Source of the DNA: a bacterium
Lineage (GTDB): Bacteria; Spirochaetota; Spirochaetia; Treponematales; UBA12059
Assembly (NCBI GenBank): GCA_035530295.1
Contig: DATKVB010000003.1
Coordinates: 85,110 to 149,109, forward strand
Length of the DNA stretch: 64,000 bases
Reading direction: 5' to 3'
Below are positions 19,140-28,148 of the stretch, in pieces (position 1 is the first letter of the stretch; each line of letters begins with the position of its first letter). Under the pieces are notes generated by a model. It saw only the letters and a list, made by a program, of their open reading frames with translations. It made no database searches and was not told where the DNA came from. The translations under genes were made by a program, and so were the position numbers.

Positions 19140-22007
19140 CTATAACTTGCCCATCGCTCGCAATACGCGCTCGGCTGTAAATGGATAGACGCGGCACCAG
19201 GCACCGACTGCATCGTGTATCGCTATCGATATCGCCGGAGCGGCGCTGTTCAGCGATATCTCCGACACGCTCTTGCCACCAAACGGACCAATCTCGTCAG
19301 CCACAGGGACCAGCTCGACATGGAAATCGTCGGGCACCTCATAGATTGATGGAATCTTGTAATCCGTAAAGTTGAGGTTGAGCGGTCTGCCCTCATCATC
19401 GAACAGCAGCTCCTCATAGAGTGAGTGGCCGATGGCCTTCATGACGCCACCATAGATCTGGCCGATGGCCAGGCTTGGGTTGATCGGCGTTCCGCAGTCC
19501 TGGTATGCGTGGAACCGGCGGAGTTTTACCTCTCCGGTACGCACATTGACGGCAGCCTCCACGAAGTGGGCGCCATACGGGAATGCCGCGTGGTCGGTCT
19601 TGAAACTGCCAAAGCCAATCAGGTCGCCATGGCCTTCACCCTGTGTCGACATGTGGGCCAGCTTGGCCAGCGTTATCTCGCCCTTCTTGCCTCGAATGAT
19701 GCCCTTGTGAACGATCCGCAGATCGGACACCGGTTCTCCGAGCAGGGCAGCTGCGACAACGAAGCACTTGTCACGCAGGTCCTCGGCGGCCTTGACCGCG
19801 GCGTTGCCGGAGAAGTAGGTGCCTGAACTTGCGTATGCGCCTTTGTCGAACGGCGTGGTATCGGTGTCGCCGGAGACCACCGACACGTCGGTCATGTCGA
19901 GGCCCAGGATTTCAGCCGCCGCCTTCGCTGTCACCGTATCGAGGCCCGTGCCGAGGTCGGCTCCACCGGAAAGCATCAGCAGGCTGCCATCGGGCAGGAG
20001 CCTGAGCTCGGCGTTGGCGGCATCGAGTCCAGGCAAGCCCGAGCCCTGCTGTATGATCACCGCTCCGCGCCCAATTTTCCAGTCAGGGTCATCCGGCTGT
20101 GGTTTGGGCTTGTCCCACGCGAAGGCTTTGCGGCCGCGCGCTATCATCTCGCCAAGACCGCACTCACCCAGGGTCACCGCTGCGCCGGGGCGACCCTCTC
20201 CAAGGCTGCGGAGTATTTCTATGCGTGAACCGGACTGCACGCGGTTCTTCTCTATCAGCTCGAGCTGGTCCATGCCCAGCGCCTCGGCCAATTCCGCCAG
20301 CGCGGTCTGCAGCGCGAAGGATCCCTTCGGCGCGCCATACCCCTGGTAGGCGCCGGCGGGTGAGAGGTTCGTGTAGTAGGTCTTTACTTCGAAGCGGGCA
20401 TTGTCGCACAGGATCAGCGGAAGACTCTTGCTGACTGCGTTCATCGGGACGGTCAGGCAGTGCTGGCCATACGGGCCGGTGTCCGCATCAACACGCATTT
20501 CCATCGCGGTCAGCGTTCCATCCTTTTTGGCTCCCAGCTTCACCGTTATCTCCATGCCATGCCTGGTGCGGCTGGTCATGAACTCCATGGCGCGGTCGTA
20601 CCGGAAGAAGACAGGGCGACCCGTCTTCCAGGCCATGAACCCGGCAACATCTTCAAGAACGATGTCCTGTTTGGCGCCGAAACCGCCGCCGACGCGCTCC
20701 TTGATGACGCGCACCTTGTGCTCCGGAATTCCTACGGCGCGTGCGACGATGCGGCGCACATGCCAGGGCACCTGTGTTGACGCGTGCAGGACCAGGCGGT
20801 CAGAGTCAACCTTGGCATAGACAACGTGCGGCTCCATCGGTGTGCACTGCACACGGGTGCCCACATAGGTTCGTTCTATTACGACATCGGCCTGCTTGAA
20901 GCCCGCATCCATATCACCAATGCCATCGGCGACGCTCGCCGCCAGGTTGCGGTGCGGATCGGCGTGCAACGGGAACTGGTAGATGATTGGGTCATCGCGA
21001 TCGTCGCCCTTGACCGAAGTACCCGCGGGTGGATCTCCGGCGACATACGAAACGTTGCCATGATGGACTATCGGCGCTCCGGGCGCCTTGGCGTCCGCGA
21101 TGGTCAGCACCGGCTTGAGGACATCGTATTCGACGATTATCGCCTTGAGTGCCGCTTCGGCTTGCTCCGGCGTCTCGGCCAGTACGGCGGCTACTCGGTC
21201 GCCGACATGGCGCACCTTGCGCGGGAACATCCGCTGGTCGTAGGGGCTGGGTTCGGGATAGCCCTGACCGGCTGTCGTGTACACCTGGTCGGGGCAGTTC
21301 TCGTGCGTGACGATATCGATGACGCCAGGCATCTGCAACGCCTTGGAGACATCGATGCGCTTGATCCACGCATGGGCGTGTGGCGACATCAATAGCTTCA
21401 GGTGGCATGCGTCGGAGTCAAGTCTATCCTCGACGAAGGCCTTCTCGCCGCGAGCGAGCGCCGGAGCGTCCACCTTTTCCCTGTCCTTGCCAACGTGGCG
21501 AAGGTCGGGTCTGAACTCGGGACCATGGGGAGCGATGTATGACGGATCGGACAGCCTGCGCGAGGCAATCCTTGCCGCTTCATAGAATTGCTCGTATCCG
21601 GTACACCGGCACAGAGTGCCGGAAAGCGCATCGCGCAGTTCGTCGTCCTTGGGCACGGGACTTCTGTCCAGAAGATCATGCAGCGCGAGCACGACGGCTG
21701 GCGTGCAATAGCCGCACTGCACGCACGAGGCGTCTATGAGCGACTGTTGTACGATCGACAGCTTGCGATCCTTGGAGTAGTGCTCGACCGTAAGTATCCG
21801 GGAGCCTTCAACCTGGGGCGCCAGTATCTGGCATGAGTTGACGAGGCGGCCATCGAGCAGCACCGCGCACAGTCCGCACGATCCTTCTCCATCACAGCCG
21901 TCCCGTACCGAGATGATGCCCTTGCGCCTGAGCAGGGAGCGCAGGGTTTCTCCTGGCTCGCAGTCCCAGGCGACGAGGCGCTCGTTGAGTGTAAAAGTAA
22001 CCTTCAT
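19140..22007 (-). CDS. xdhD: XdhD-type molybdenum hydroxylase (fused N-terminal 2Fe-2S domains plus molybdopterin subunit)
   Basis: 955 aa (E. coli XdhD is about 956 aa). 2Fe-2S motifs CDGEGSCGLCAV and CGYCTP...CRCTGY, then Moco-domain blocks ERVGGGFGAKQD, GGADLGTGLDT and DCGTPINPSLAIGQIYGG. ATGA overlap with ygfM. Confidence 0.9.
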   Translation of the reverse strand: MKVTFTLNERLVAWDCEPGETLRSLLRRKGIISVRDGCDGEGSCGLCAVLLDGRLVNSCQILAPQVEGSRILTVEHYSKDRKLSIVQQSLIDASCVQCGYCTPAVVLALHDLLDRSPVPKDDELRDALSGTLCRCTGYEQFYEAARIASRRLSDPSYIAPHGPEFRPDLRHVGKDREKVDAPALARGEKAFVEDRLDSDACHLKLLMSPHAHAWIKRIDVSKALQMPGVIDIVTHENCPDQVYTTAGQGYPEPSPYDQRMFPRKVRHVGDRVAAVLAETPEQAEAALKAIIVEYDVLKPVLTIADAKAPGAPIVHHGNVSYVAGDPPAGTSVKGDDRDDPIIYQFPLHADPHRNLAASVADGIGDMDAGFKQADVVIERTYVGTRVQCTPMEPHVVYAKVDSDRLVLHASTQVPWHVRRIVARAVGIPEHKVRVIKERVGGGFGAKQDIVLEDVAGFMAWKTGRPVFFRYDRAMEFMTSRTRHGMEITVKLGAKKDGTLTAMEMRVDADTGPYGQHCLTVPMNAVSKSLPLILCDNARFEVKTYYTNLSPAGAYQGYGAPKGSFALQTALAELAEALGMDQLELIEKNRVQSGSRIEILRSLGEGRPGAAVTLGECGLGEMIARGRKAFAWDKPKPQPDDPDWKIGRGAVIIQQGSGLPGLDAANAELRLLPDGSLLMLSGGADLGTGLDTVTAKAAAEILGLDMTDVSVVSGDTDTTPFDKGAYASSGTYFSGNAAVKAAEDLRDKCFVVAAALLGEPVSDLRIVHKGIIRGKKGEITLAKLAHMSTQGEGHGDLIGFGSFKTDHAAFPYGAHFVEAAVNVRTGEVKLRRFHAYQDCGTPINPSLAIGQIYGGVMKAIGHSLYEELLFDDEGRPLNLNFTDYKIPSIYEVPDDFHVELVPVADEIGPFGGKSVSEISLNSAAPAISIAIHDAVGAWCRVYPFTAERVLRAMGKL

Positions 22008-22804
22008 GACATTTCCTCCGCGGCGTGCATCGCGTCGGCTACGAGCGCCGCGCCGCGCAATCGCTTGTAATCGGCACTGCCGCGCTGGTCGGCTATCGCC
22101 CCCAGGAGCGGATCAACAGCCTTGTCGATGGCCTCCTTGGGTGGCAGCGCCGAGCCCTCGAACTGCCTGTCTATATCGGGCCGGAGCTGGGCGTGCGCGG
22201 CGAATCCGCCAACAGCGATCCTGAGATCCCGCACCGCGCCGCCTTCGAGCCGGTACGCGCAGGCTGCCGTTGCGGTCGCTATGTCGCATGCGGTTCTGCT
22301 CGCCCTGAGGCTCGAGGCACGCAGGCCTTTGGCTATCCTGACGCGCACATTGAGGATGAGGCCACGTGGCGAATCAAGCCACTCGGCCAGCGGTGTAGTC
22401 GCGGCGGGTCTGCCGCGCTCCTGGTATTCAACCAAAGCACCGAGCACAAGGAAGATTGGCGCGAGGCTGGAGCACGACTTGTTGCCCGCGAGATTTCCCC
22501 CGACGGTCGCCCGGTTCCTGGTGTTGCGGTTAGCCATCGATCGCGCCGCCGCTGCGATGACGGCCGGCATCTGGCCGAACTCTATCAGTTCCTGGAAGGT
22601 GGCGCAGGCGCCGATGATCAGCTCGTCGCCGCGCCGCAGTATCGCCTTGGGCAACAGCTTGCCGATGTCGACAATGCGCTCGGGCTTGTCCCTGGCCTCG
22701 AATGCCAGCACCGCAGTGCCGCCGGCTATCGCGACCGTTCCTGCGACAGCCAGCAAGTCCAGGGCTTCTCCCATGCTCGTTGGTCTGTAATATTCTTTTA
22801 CCAT
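22004..22804 (-). CDS. ygfM: YgfM-type FAD-binding subunit of molybdenum hydroxylase
   Basis: 266 aa. The N-terminus EYYRPTSMGEALDLL...IAGGT is FAD_binding_5-like. Also NRATVGGNLA and a C-terminal GSADYKRLRGAALVADA. Confidence 0.85.
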   Translation of the reverse strand: MVKEYYRPTSMGEALDLLAVAGTVAIAGGTAVLAFEARDKPERIVDIGKLLPKAILRRGDELIIGACATFQELIEFGQMPAVIAAAARSMANRNTRNRATVGGNLAGNKSCSSLAPIFLVLGALVEYQERGRPAATTPLAEWLDSPRGLILNVRVRIAKGLRASSLRASRTACDIATATAACAYRLEGGAVRDLRIAVGGFAAHAQLRPDIDRQFEGSALPPKEAIDKAVDPLLGAIADQRGSADYKRLRGAALVADAMHAAEEMS

Positions 22805-24198
22805 AATGCTGTTACCCCAGCTTTCGTAAGGAGGCGCTTGGCGCAGCGATTGGCTTCGTCGCGTATGCGGTCCTCGTCGGCTCCGGTCAGACGCCCGTCC
22901 TTGACGACAACGTGACCATTGACGATGAGGTGATCGACGCCATGGTTGTAGCCGGAAAACAGCAGGGCCGCTGCCGGATCTGACAGGGCGCCGGCGTATT
23001 CCAGCTTCATGACGTCGAACATAGCGATGTCGGCGAGCGCTCCTGGCTCCATCGAGCCGGCATCGTCGTAACCGAGTATCCGCGCGCCGCCAATCGTAGC
23101 GACGCCCAGAACCTCGCGGGCGTTGATGCCGCCCGAGCCATAGCGCACGCGTTGCAGCAACAGCGCCTGCCTTGCCTCGCCGAGCATGTCGGAGGCATCG
23201 TTGGAGGCCGAGCCATCGACGGCCAGTCCAACGTTGACGCCGCGGTCGAGCATGTCGCGGACACGGCAGATGCCTGAGCCGAGCCTCATGTTTGATGACG
23301 GGCAGTGCGCCACGCCGGTGCCCGTACTGGCCAGGAGGTCGAGCTCCTCATCGTTGAAGTGAATGCCGTGCGCGTACCAGACATCCTTGCCTACAAAGCC
23401 ATTGTCCTCCATCACCCTGAGCGGCCGGCGGCCAAGTGTCTGCATGCAGAAATCGGTTTCGTCGGCCGTCTCCGCCAGGTGCGTGTGGAGCCTGGCGCCG
23501 TACTTGCGCGCCAGATCCGCCGCGTCGCGCATCGACTTTTCGGAAACAGAGAATGGCGAGCATGGAGCCAGCGCGACGCGCCGCATCGAGTCGGGCGACC
23601 GGTCGTGATACTTCTGTAGCGCGTCTTCGCTCTGCGCCAGTATCTCGTCCTCGTCCTGGACAACGCTGTCGGGCGGCAGCCCGCCGTCTTTTTTTGACAG
23701 CGACATCGATCCCCGTGTGGGCGCGAAGCGCAAGCCAATCTCCGAGGCTGCCTTGAACTGGATGCCAGGCAGATCGCCGGTAAAGGTGCGCGGGTACAGG
23801 TAGTGGTGGTCGGTGGACAGCGTACAGCCGGTCTTGGCCAGTTCGGCCATCGCGAGCATGCTTGACCAGTACACGGCTTCTTCGTCGATACCTTTCCAGA
23901 CCTCGTAGAGGTAGACAAGCCAATCGAACAGCTTGGCATCCTGCACTGCCGGCACGTTGCGTGTCAGCGTCTGGTAAAAGTGGTGGTGTGTATTGACCAG
24001 TCCTGGCAAGACGACATGGCGGCTGGCATCGATGACGACGCATCCCTGTGGCACCGGAATTGCCTTGCCTATCGTCTTGATGCGCTTGCCTTCTATAAGA
24101 ATATCGACGCCAGAAAGGTCATCCCCGGAGGAGCCGGCTTGAGAACCGGCCCCATACCGGGGGCGGACCACCCTGAAGCAGTCCTTGAGCAGAATCAC
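22798..24198 (-). CDS. COG0402 amidohydrolase (8-oxoguanine/guanine deaminase or chlorohydrolase-like)
   Basis: 466 aa. Metal-binding PGLVNTHHHFYQT, plus HTHLAET, VAHCPSSNMRLGSG and VDGSASND. GTG start at 24198 overlaps the upstream stop (GTGA). Confidence 0.8.
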   Translation of the reverse strand: MILLKDCFRVVRPRYGAGSQAGSSGDDLSGVDILIEGKRIKTIGKAIPVPQGCVVIDASRHVVLPGLVNTHHHFYQTLTRNVPAVQDAKLFDWLVYLYEVWKGIDEEAVYWSSMLAMAELAKTGCTLSTDHHYLYPRTFTGDLPGIQFKAASEIGLRFAPTRGSMSLSKKDGGLPPDSVVQDEDEILAQSEDALQKYHDRSPDSMRRVALAPCSPFSVSEKSMRDAADLARKYGARLHTHLAETADETDFCMQTLGRRPLRVMEDNGFVGKDVWYAHGIHFNDEELDLLASTGTGVAHCPSSNMRLGSGICRVRDMLDRGVNVGLAVDGSASNDASDMLGEARQALLLQRVRYGSGGINAREVLGVATIGGARILGYDDAGSMEPGALADIAMFDVMKLEYAGALSDPAAALLFSGYNHGVDHLIVNGHVVVKDGRLTGADEDRIRDEANRCAKRLLTKAGVTALW

Positions 24199-25652
24199 CT
24201 GAGAACCTCCGCGTTGAATTCCTTTATCATCGTGTCGATGAGCGGCGCTTGTGCATGAATATTTCCCCAGTACGCGCGATAGTCATCCCACTGCGCGTTC
24301 AGCTCCTCGAGCTGCTTTCCGAGCTGTTCTATCCAGGTATAATACTTGAGTTGGTGGACACGCCTGCGGTCGACGTGGGTCATGTCGAGCACGTAGTCGA
24401 CCGACAGGTTTTTCAGCATGTCGAGGTCACGGTCGGCCTGGCGCTGGTCGTAGGGGCCGCGCTCCGCGGCAAGCTCGAGCAGCCTGGAACCATAGAGCGC
24501 GAGCGAGTCGGTGAAGACGGTCAGCGCTATGTCGTCGGCTCCGAGTTCGTAGTACTTGGCGGCCTTGATCGTGGCGACCAGGTTGCCGATGCCGGAGATG
24601 CCCATCAGGTCGAGCTTGGCGAGCACGTCGGCGGAGACGCCAGCCTCGGCCAGGACCTTCTTGCCAGCCGGCTCGTTGAAGAGGCGGAGGAGGCGGATCG
24701 TTATCTCGTCGTCGACGCCGACGGCGACATCGGTGTCACGGAGATTGTGGATCCATGGAATGTGCTTGTCGCCTATGCCTTCGATGCGGTGGCCGCCGAA
24801 GCCGTTTTCAAGAATGGTCGGGCACTGCAGCGCCTCGCCGACGCCGACACGCGTGCCTGGATGGTGTTCCTTGAGGTAGGTGCCGGAACCGAGCGTGCCG
24901 GCCGAGCCAGAAGAGTACATGGTCAGCGCCAGGTGATCGCCGGCTTTGGCCATCAGCTTGAAGACATCGTCCATGGCCGGACCGGTGACGGAGTAGTGCC
25001 ACAGGTGGTTTGGCAGCTGGTCAAACTGGTTGAATATGACGGCGTCTGGCCTGGTCTTTTCGATCTCGATGCACTTGTCGAAAATTTCCTTGACGTTGGA
25101 TTCACAACCCGGGGTTGCTATCACTTCGTCAGCCATCGTCTTGAGCCAGGTAAAGCGCTCCTTTGACATTTCGGCTGGCAGGATGGCGACCGACGGGCAG
25201 GAGAGCAGCTTGGAAATGTAGGCGCCACCACGGCAGTAGTTGCCGGTCGATGGCCAGACGGCCTTCTTGGTGGTCGGGTCGAAGCGACCGGTAACCAGTT
25301 CAGGCACCAGACATGAATATGCGGCACCAACCTTGTGGGCTCCGGTGGGGAACCACTTGCCGACGATGCCGGCGATGCGGGCCTTGGTGCCCGTTATCTC
25401 GCGGGGTAGCTCGAAGTAGTTGACATTGCCGAACTGGCCGCCCTTTTCCTTTGGCTCGTTCTTCCATGTCACGCGGAAGAGGTTGCGGCTGTGGGTGTCC
25501 CACAGGCCGATGTTCTTGAGTTCGTCCTTGTACTGCTGCGGCACCTTGGACGGGTCGCGCATCTGCTCGTAGGTCGGCAGGACAATGCCCTTTTCTTTGC
25601 AGCGCTGGATGTTCTTCTTGCGTGCCTTCTCGTCAATCCGTAAATCGATCAT
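24195..25652 (-). CDS. fold-type II (TrpB/cysteine-synthase-like) PLP-dependent enzyme, unusually long (485 aa)
   Basis: TrpB-like PLP-lysine motif FPTGAHKVGAAYS. Gly-rich phosphate loop SSGSAGTLGSG. AAGGAG lies upstream of ATG 25652. Not a YgeX (diaminopropionate ammonia-lyase) orthologue by length or motifs. Confidence 0.7.
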   Translation of the reverse strand: MIDLRIDEKARKKNIQRCKEKGIVLPTYEQMRDPSKVPQQYKDELKNIGLWDTHSRNLFRVTWKNEPKEKGGQFGNVNYFELPREITGTKARIAGIVGKWFPTGAHKVGAAYSCLVPELVTGRFDPTTKKAVWPSTGNYCRGGAYISKLLSCPSVAILPAEMSKERFTWLKTMADEVIATPGCESNVKEIFDKCIEIEKTRPDAVIFNQFDQLPNHLWHYSVTGPAMDDVFKLMAKAGDHLALTMYSSGSAGTLGSGTYLKEHHPGTRVGVGEALQCPTILENGFGGHRIEGIGDKHIPWIHNLRDTDVAVGVDDEITIRLLRLFNEPAGKKVLAEAGVSADVLAKLDLMGISGIGNLVATIKAAKYYELGADDIALTVFTDSLALYGSRLLELAAERGPYDQRQADRDLDMLKNLSVDYVLDMTHVDRRRVHQLKYYTWIEQLGKQLEELNAQWDDYRAYWGNIHAQAPLIDTMIKEFNAEVLR

Positions 25653-25723
25653 GTCGTTCTCCTTTGTGTCTCATGTGTACAGGTCAATGCTTGTCGATCA
25701 GATATGTGTCGTACAATACTCGT

Positions 25724-26926
25724 TCACAGACCAAGGCCCTTCATGGCGCCGCCGATGTCCTTGAGGCCGGAGCCGGTCAGCATCACGACAATAGTCTCAT
25801 CGGGGCGCAGGCTCGACTTGGCCTTCTGGAAGCCTGCCCAGGCCGCGCTCGAGCTGGGTTCGGCAAAGAGCCCCGCCTGAGCGGCCAGCTCCTTCTGCGC
25901 ATCAAGGATTTCGGCATCGGTGACGACGACAGCCTTGCCGCCATATTTCTTGAGCTTCGCAAGCGCGTAGGCTCCGTTGCGCGGGACATCGACCGATATC
26001 GAATCGGCTATCGTGTCGCTTGGAATCGGCTTGCCAAAGCTACCCGATGCCAGAGCCCTGGCTATCGCGCTGGAGCCCTCGGCTTGGCACGCCCAGATTG
26101 TCGGCATCTTCTGGATGCGCCCCAGCCTGACCAGATCCTCGAAGCCCTTGTAGACGCCGGCAATGATGACGCCATCGCCGACCGGCACGAAGACATGGTC
26201 GGGGGCGATGTAGTCCTTTTTGGCCAATTCGGCGAGGTGGCCGGCGCGTCGTGCCTCGTGCTCCCGGGCATGCGCCAGGTCGCGAACCATCTCGAAGCTG
26301 ACTGTCTTCTTGCCTTCTATGGTCAGCGGATTGTAGGCGGTATTCCGCGAAAGCACGCCGGTAGCCTTGCTGTACGCCAGCGACTGGTCGAAGGCGACAT
26401 CGTAGGTGCCATCGACCTCCTTGAGGTCCGCTCCATATTGCAGAACCTGGACCCGCTTGGCGACCGGCGCCTTCCTGGGCAGGAACACCGTTATCTTGAG
26501 CCCTGCCGCGGCGCCGACGCCGGACATGCTGGAGGCCGCGTTGCCGGTGCTTGCCAGCGCAATCTCGGTAATGCCGTGTTCCCGCGCGAAGCCCGCGACC
26601 AGGTAGGACGCTCGATCCTTGAATGAACCGGTCGGCTCGCAGGTGTCATCCTTCAGGAAGAGGCGCGGAAAGCCGCTCTCCTGCCTGAGCCGGATGGGCT
26701 CCCACAGCGGCGTGTTGCCTACCGGCAATGGAGGCAGATATTCCTTTGCCACCGGCAGTGGTATATCGTCCGGACCGCCATCATACCGGCCTTCCCACGC
26801 GCATTCGAGCACGCCGGCCAGCGGCTGGTCGACCTGTTGCTTGGCGGCGCAGGCATCGCACAGGTAGCGTTCCGGCTTTATATCATACTCCGCCCCGCAC
26901 TCGGGGCACTTGTAGAACCACCGCAT
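25724..26926 (-). CDS. threonine-synthase-family PLP enzyme with N-terminal Cys4 zinc-ribbon
   Basis: MRWFYKCPECGAEYDIKPERYLCDAC (CxxC..CxxC), then the PLP-lysine motif PTGSFKDRAS and ASTGNAA. ATG 26926 lies 1 nt after the ygeY stop. The ORF-track extension is rejected. Confidence 0.75.
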   Translation of the reverse strand: MRWFYKCPECGAEYDIKPERYLCDACAAKQQVDQPLAGVLECAWEGRYDGGPDDIPLPVAKEYLPPLPVGNTPLWEPIRLRQESGFPRLFLKDDTCEPTGSFKDRASYLVAGFAREHGITEIALASTGNAASSMSGVGAAAGLKITVFLPRKAPVAKRVQVLQYGADLKEVDGTYDVAFDQSLAYSKATGVLSRNTAYNPLTIEGKKTVSFEMVRDLAHAREHEARRAGHLAELAKKDYIAPDHVFVPVGDGVIIAGVYKGFEDLVRLGRIQKMPTIWACQAEGSSAIARALASGSFGKPIPSDTIADSISVDVPRNGAYALAKLKKYGGKAVVVTDAEILDAQKELAAQAGLFAEPSSSAAWAGFQKAKSSLRPDETIVVMLTGSGLKDIGGAMKGLGL

Positions 26927-26927
26927 A

Positions 26928-28148
26928 TTACAGCTTGGCCGACTCGAGGGCGTAGGGGAGGGCGGCGTAGAAGGCAGCGGCCTTCCAGAGGTCGTCAACC
27001 CGTGTTATCTCGTTCGGAGCGTGGGCCTGGCTCTCGTCGCCGGGGCCGAAGCCGATGCTCGGAATGCCGTGCCTGCCGGCCACCGCCACCGCGTTGGTGG
27101 AGAATGTCCACTTGTCGACGACAGGGGCGTTGCCGAAGACTGCCTCATGGGCAGCCACACCTGCCTTGACGAAGGGATGGTCGGCCGGGAATTTCCAGGT
27201 GGGGAAATACAGTTCCTGGCGGTAGTCCTTGCCTGTCCAGCTCGGTATGGCATATTCAGGCATCTTGACCTCGACGGCATCGACACCGGCCGCAAGGATG
27301 GCGTCCTTGACCTGCTTCATGGCCAGATCGGCCGTCTCGCCCCAGGTCAGACGGCGATCCAGGTACAGCATAGCCTCATCGGGAACGGCGCACTGTGACG
27401 GACCATGGACATTGATCTGCGAAACGACGACGGTGCCCTTGCCAAGGAAGCCATCCTCGTCCGGCTTCAATGAGTCATTGAGCTTCTCCATCGCCAGGGC
27501 AGCGCGCGCGGCCTTGTATGCCGCTGAGACGCCACGTTCCGGGGCCGAACCATGGCATGATACGCCCTTCATGTGCACTTCCATCTCCATGCGGCCGCGG
27601 TGTCCGCGGTACAGGCGAAGGGTGGTCGGCTCGGTGGACACGAAGAAGTCCGGTACGAACTTCTCTTCCTCTATCAGGTACTTCCAGCACAGACCATCGC
27701 AGTCTTCTTCTATTATAGAGAACACAAACCAGACGCTGTAGTCGCCCGAATACTTGAGTTCCTTGAGGATGCGGCCGGCGGTTATCATCGCGGCAGCTCC
27801 GCCGGTCTGATCGCTCGTGCCGCGTCCATGGACCAGGCCATTCTCGATGTCGCCGGAGAAGGGGTCCTTCTTCCACTGCGAGCGATCGCCTATGCCAACG
27901 GTGTCGATGTGCGCGTCGATGACGAGCTTCTTGGGGCCGTTGCCGACCCTGGCCAGCAGGTTGCCAAGACCGTCGATGCGCACTTCATCGAATCCAGCCT
28001 TCTCGCACATGTCCTTGAGGAGCATGATGCGTTCCTTTTCCTTGTTGCTCATCGCTGGAACCTTGATGATGGTCGAGAGGTTCTTCGCGGTCCAGTCCTT
28101 GTACGACTCGGCCTTGGCCTTGATTTCCTTACCGTTCTGCATGCTCAT
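26928..28148 (-). CDS. ygeY: YgeY-type M20 family peptidase/deacylase
   Basis: Near-collinear with the remembered E. coli YgeY: DAHIDTVGIG, GRGTSDQTGG, EEDCDGLCWKYLIEE, VSCHGSAPERG, DRRLTWGET, APVVDKWTFSTN. GGAGG lies 7 nt upstream of ATG 28148. ATGA overlap with the ssnA stop. Confidence 0.9.
   Translation of the reverse strand: MSMQNGKEIKAKAESYKDWTAKNLSTIIKVPAMSNKEKERIMLLKDMCEKAGFDEVRIDGLGNLLARVGNGPKKLVIDAHIDTVGIGDRSQWKKDPFSGDIENGLVHGRGTSDQTGGAAAMITAGRILKELKYSGDYSVWFVFSIIEEDCDGLCWKYLIEEEKFVPDFFVSTEPTTLRLYRGHRGRMEMEVHMKGVSCHGSAPERGVSAAYKAARAALAMEKLNDSLKPDEDGFLGKGTVVVSQINVHGPSQCAVPDEAMLYLDRRLTWGETADLAMKQVKDAILAAGVDAVEVKMPEYAIPSWTGKDYRQELYFPTWKFPADHPFVKAGVAAHEAVFGNAPVVDKWTFSTNAVAVAGRHGIPSIGFGPGDESQAHAPNEITRVDDLWKAAAFYAALPYALESAKL

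Noticed and set aside
22025-26626. Long plus-strand ORFs 22025-22915, 22122-22790, 24249-25166 and 25622-26626
   Set aside because: All lie antisense to well-supported minus-strand enzymes (ygfM, COG0402 amidohydrolase, PLP enzymes). They are low-complexity, Arg/Gly/Ala-rich, and lack SD sequences and motifs.
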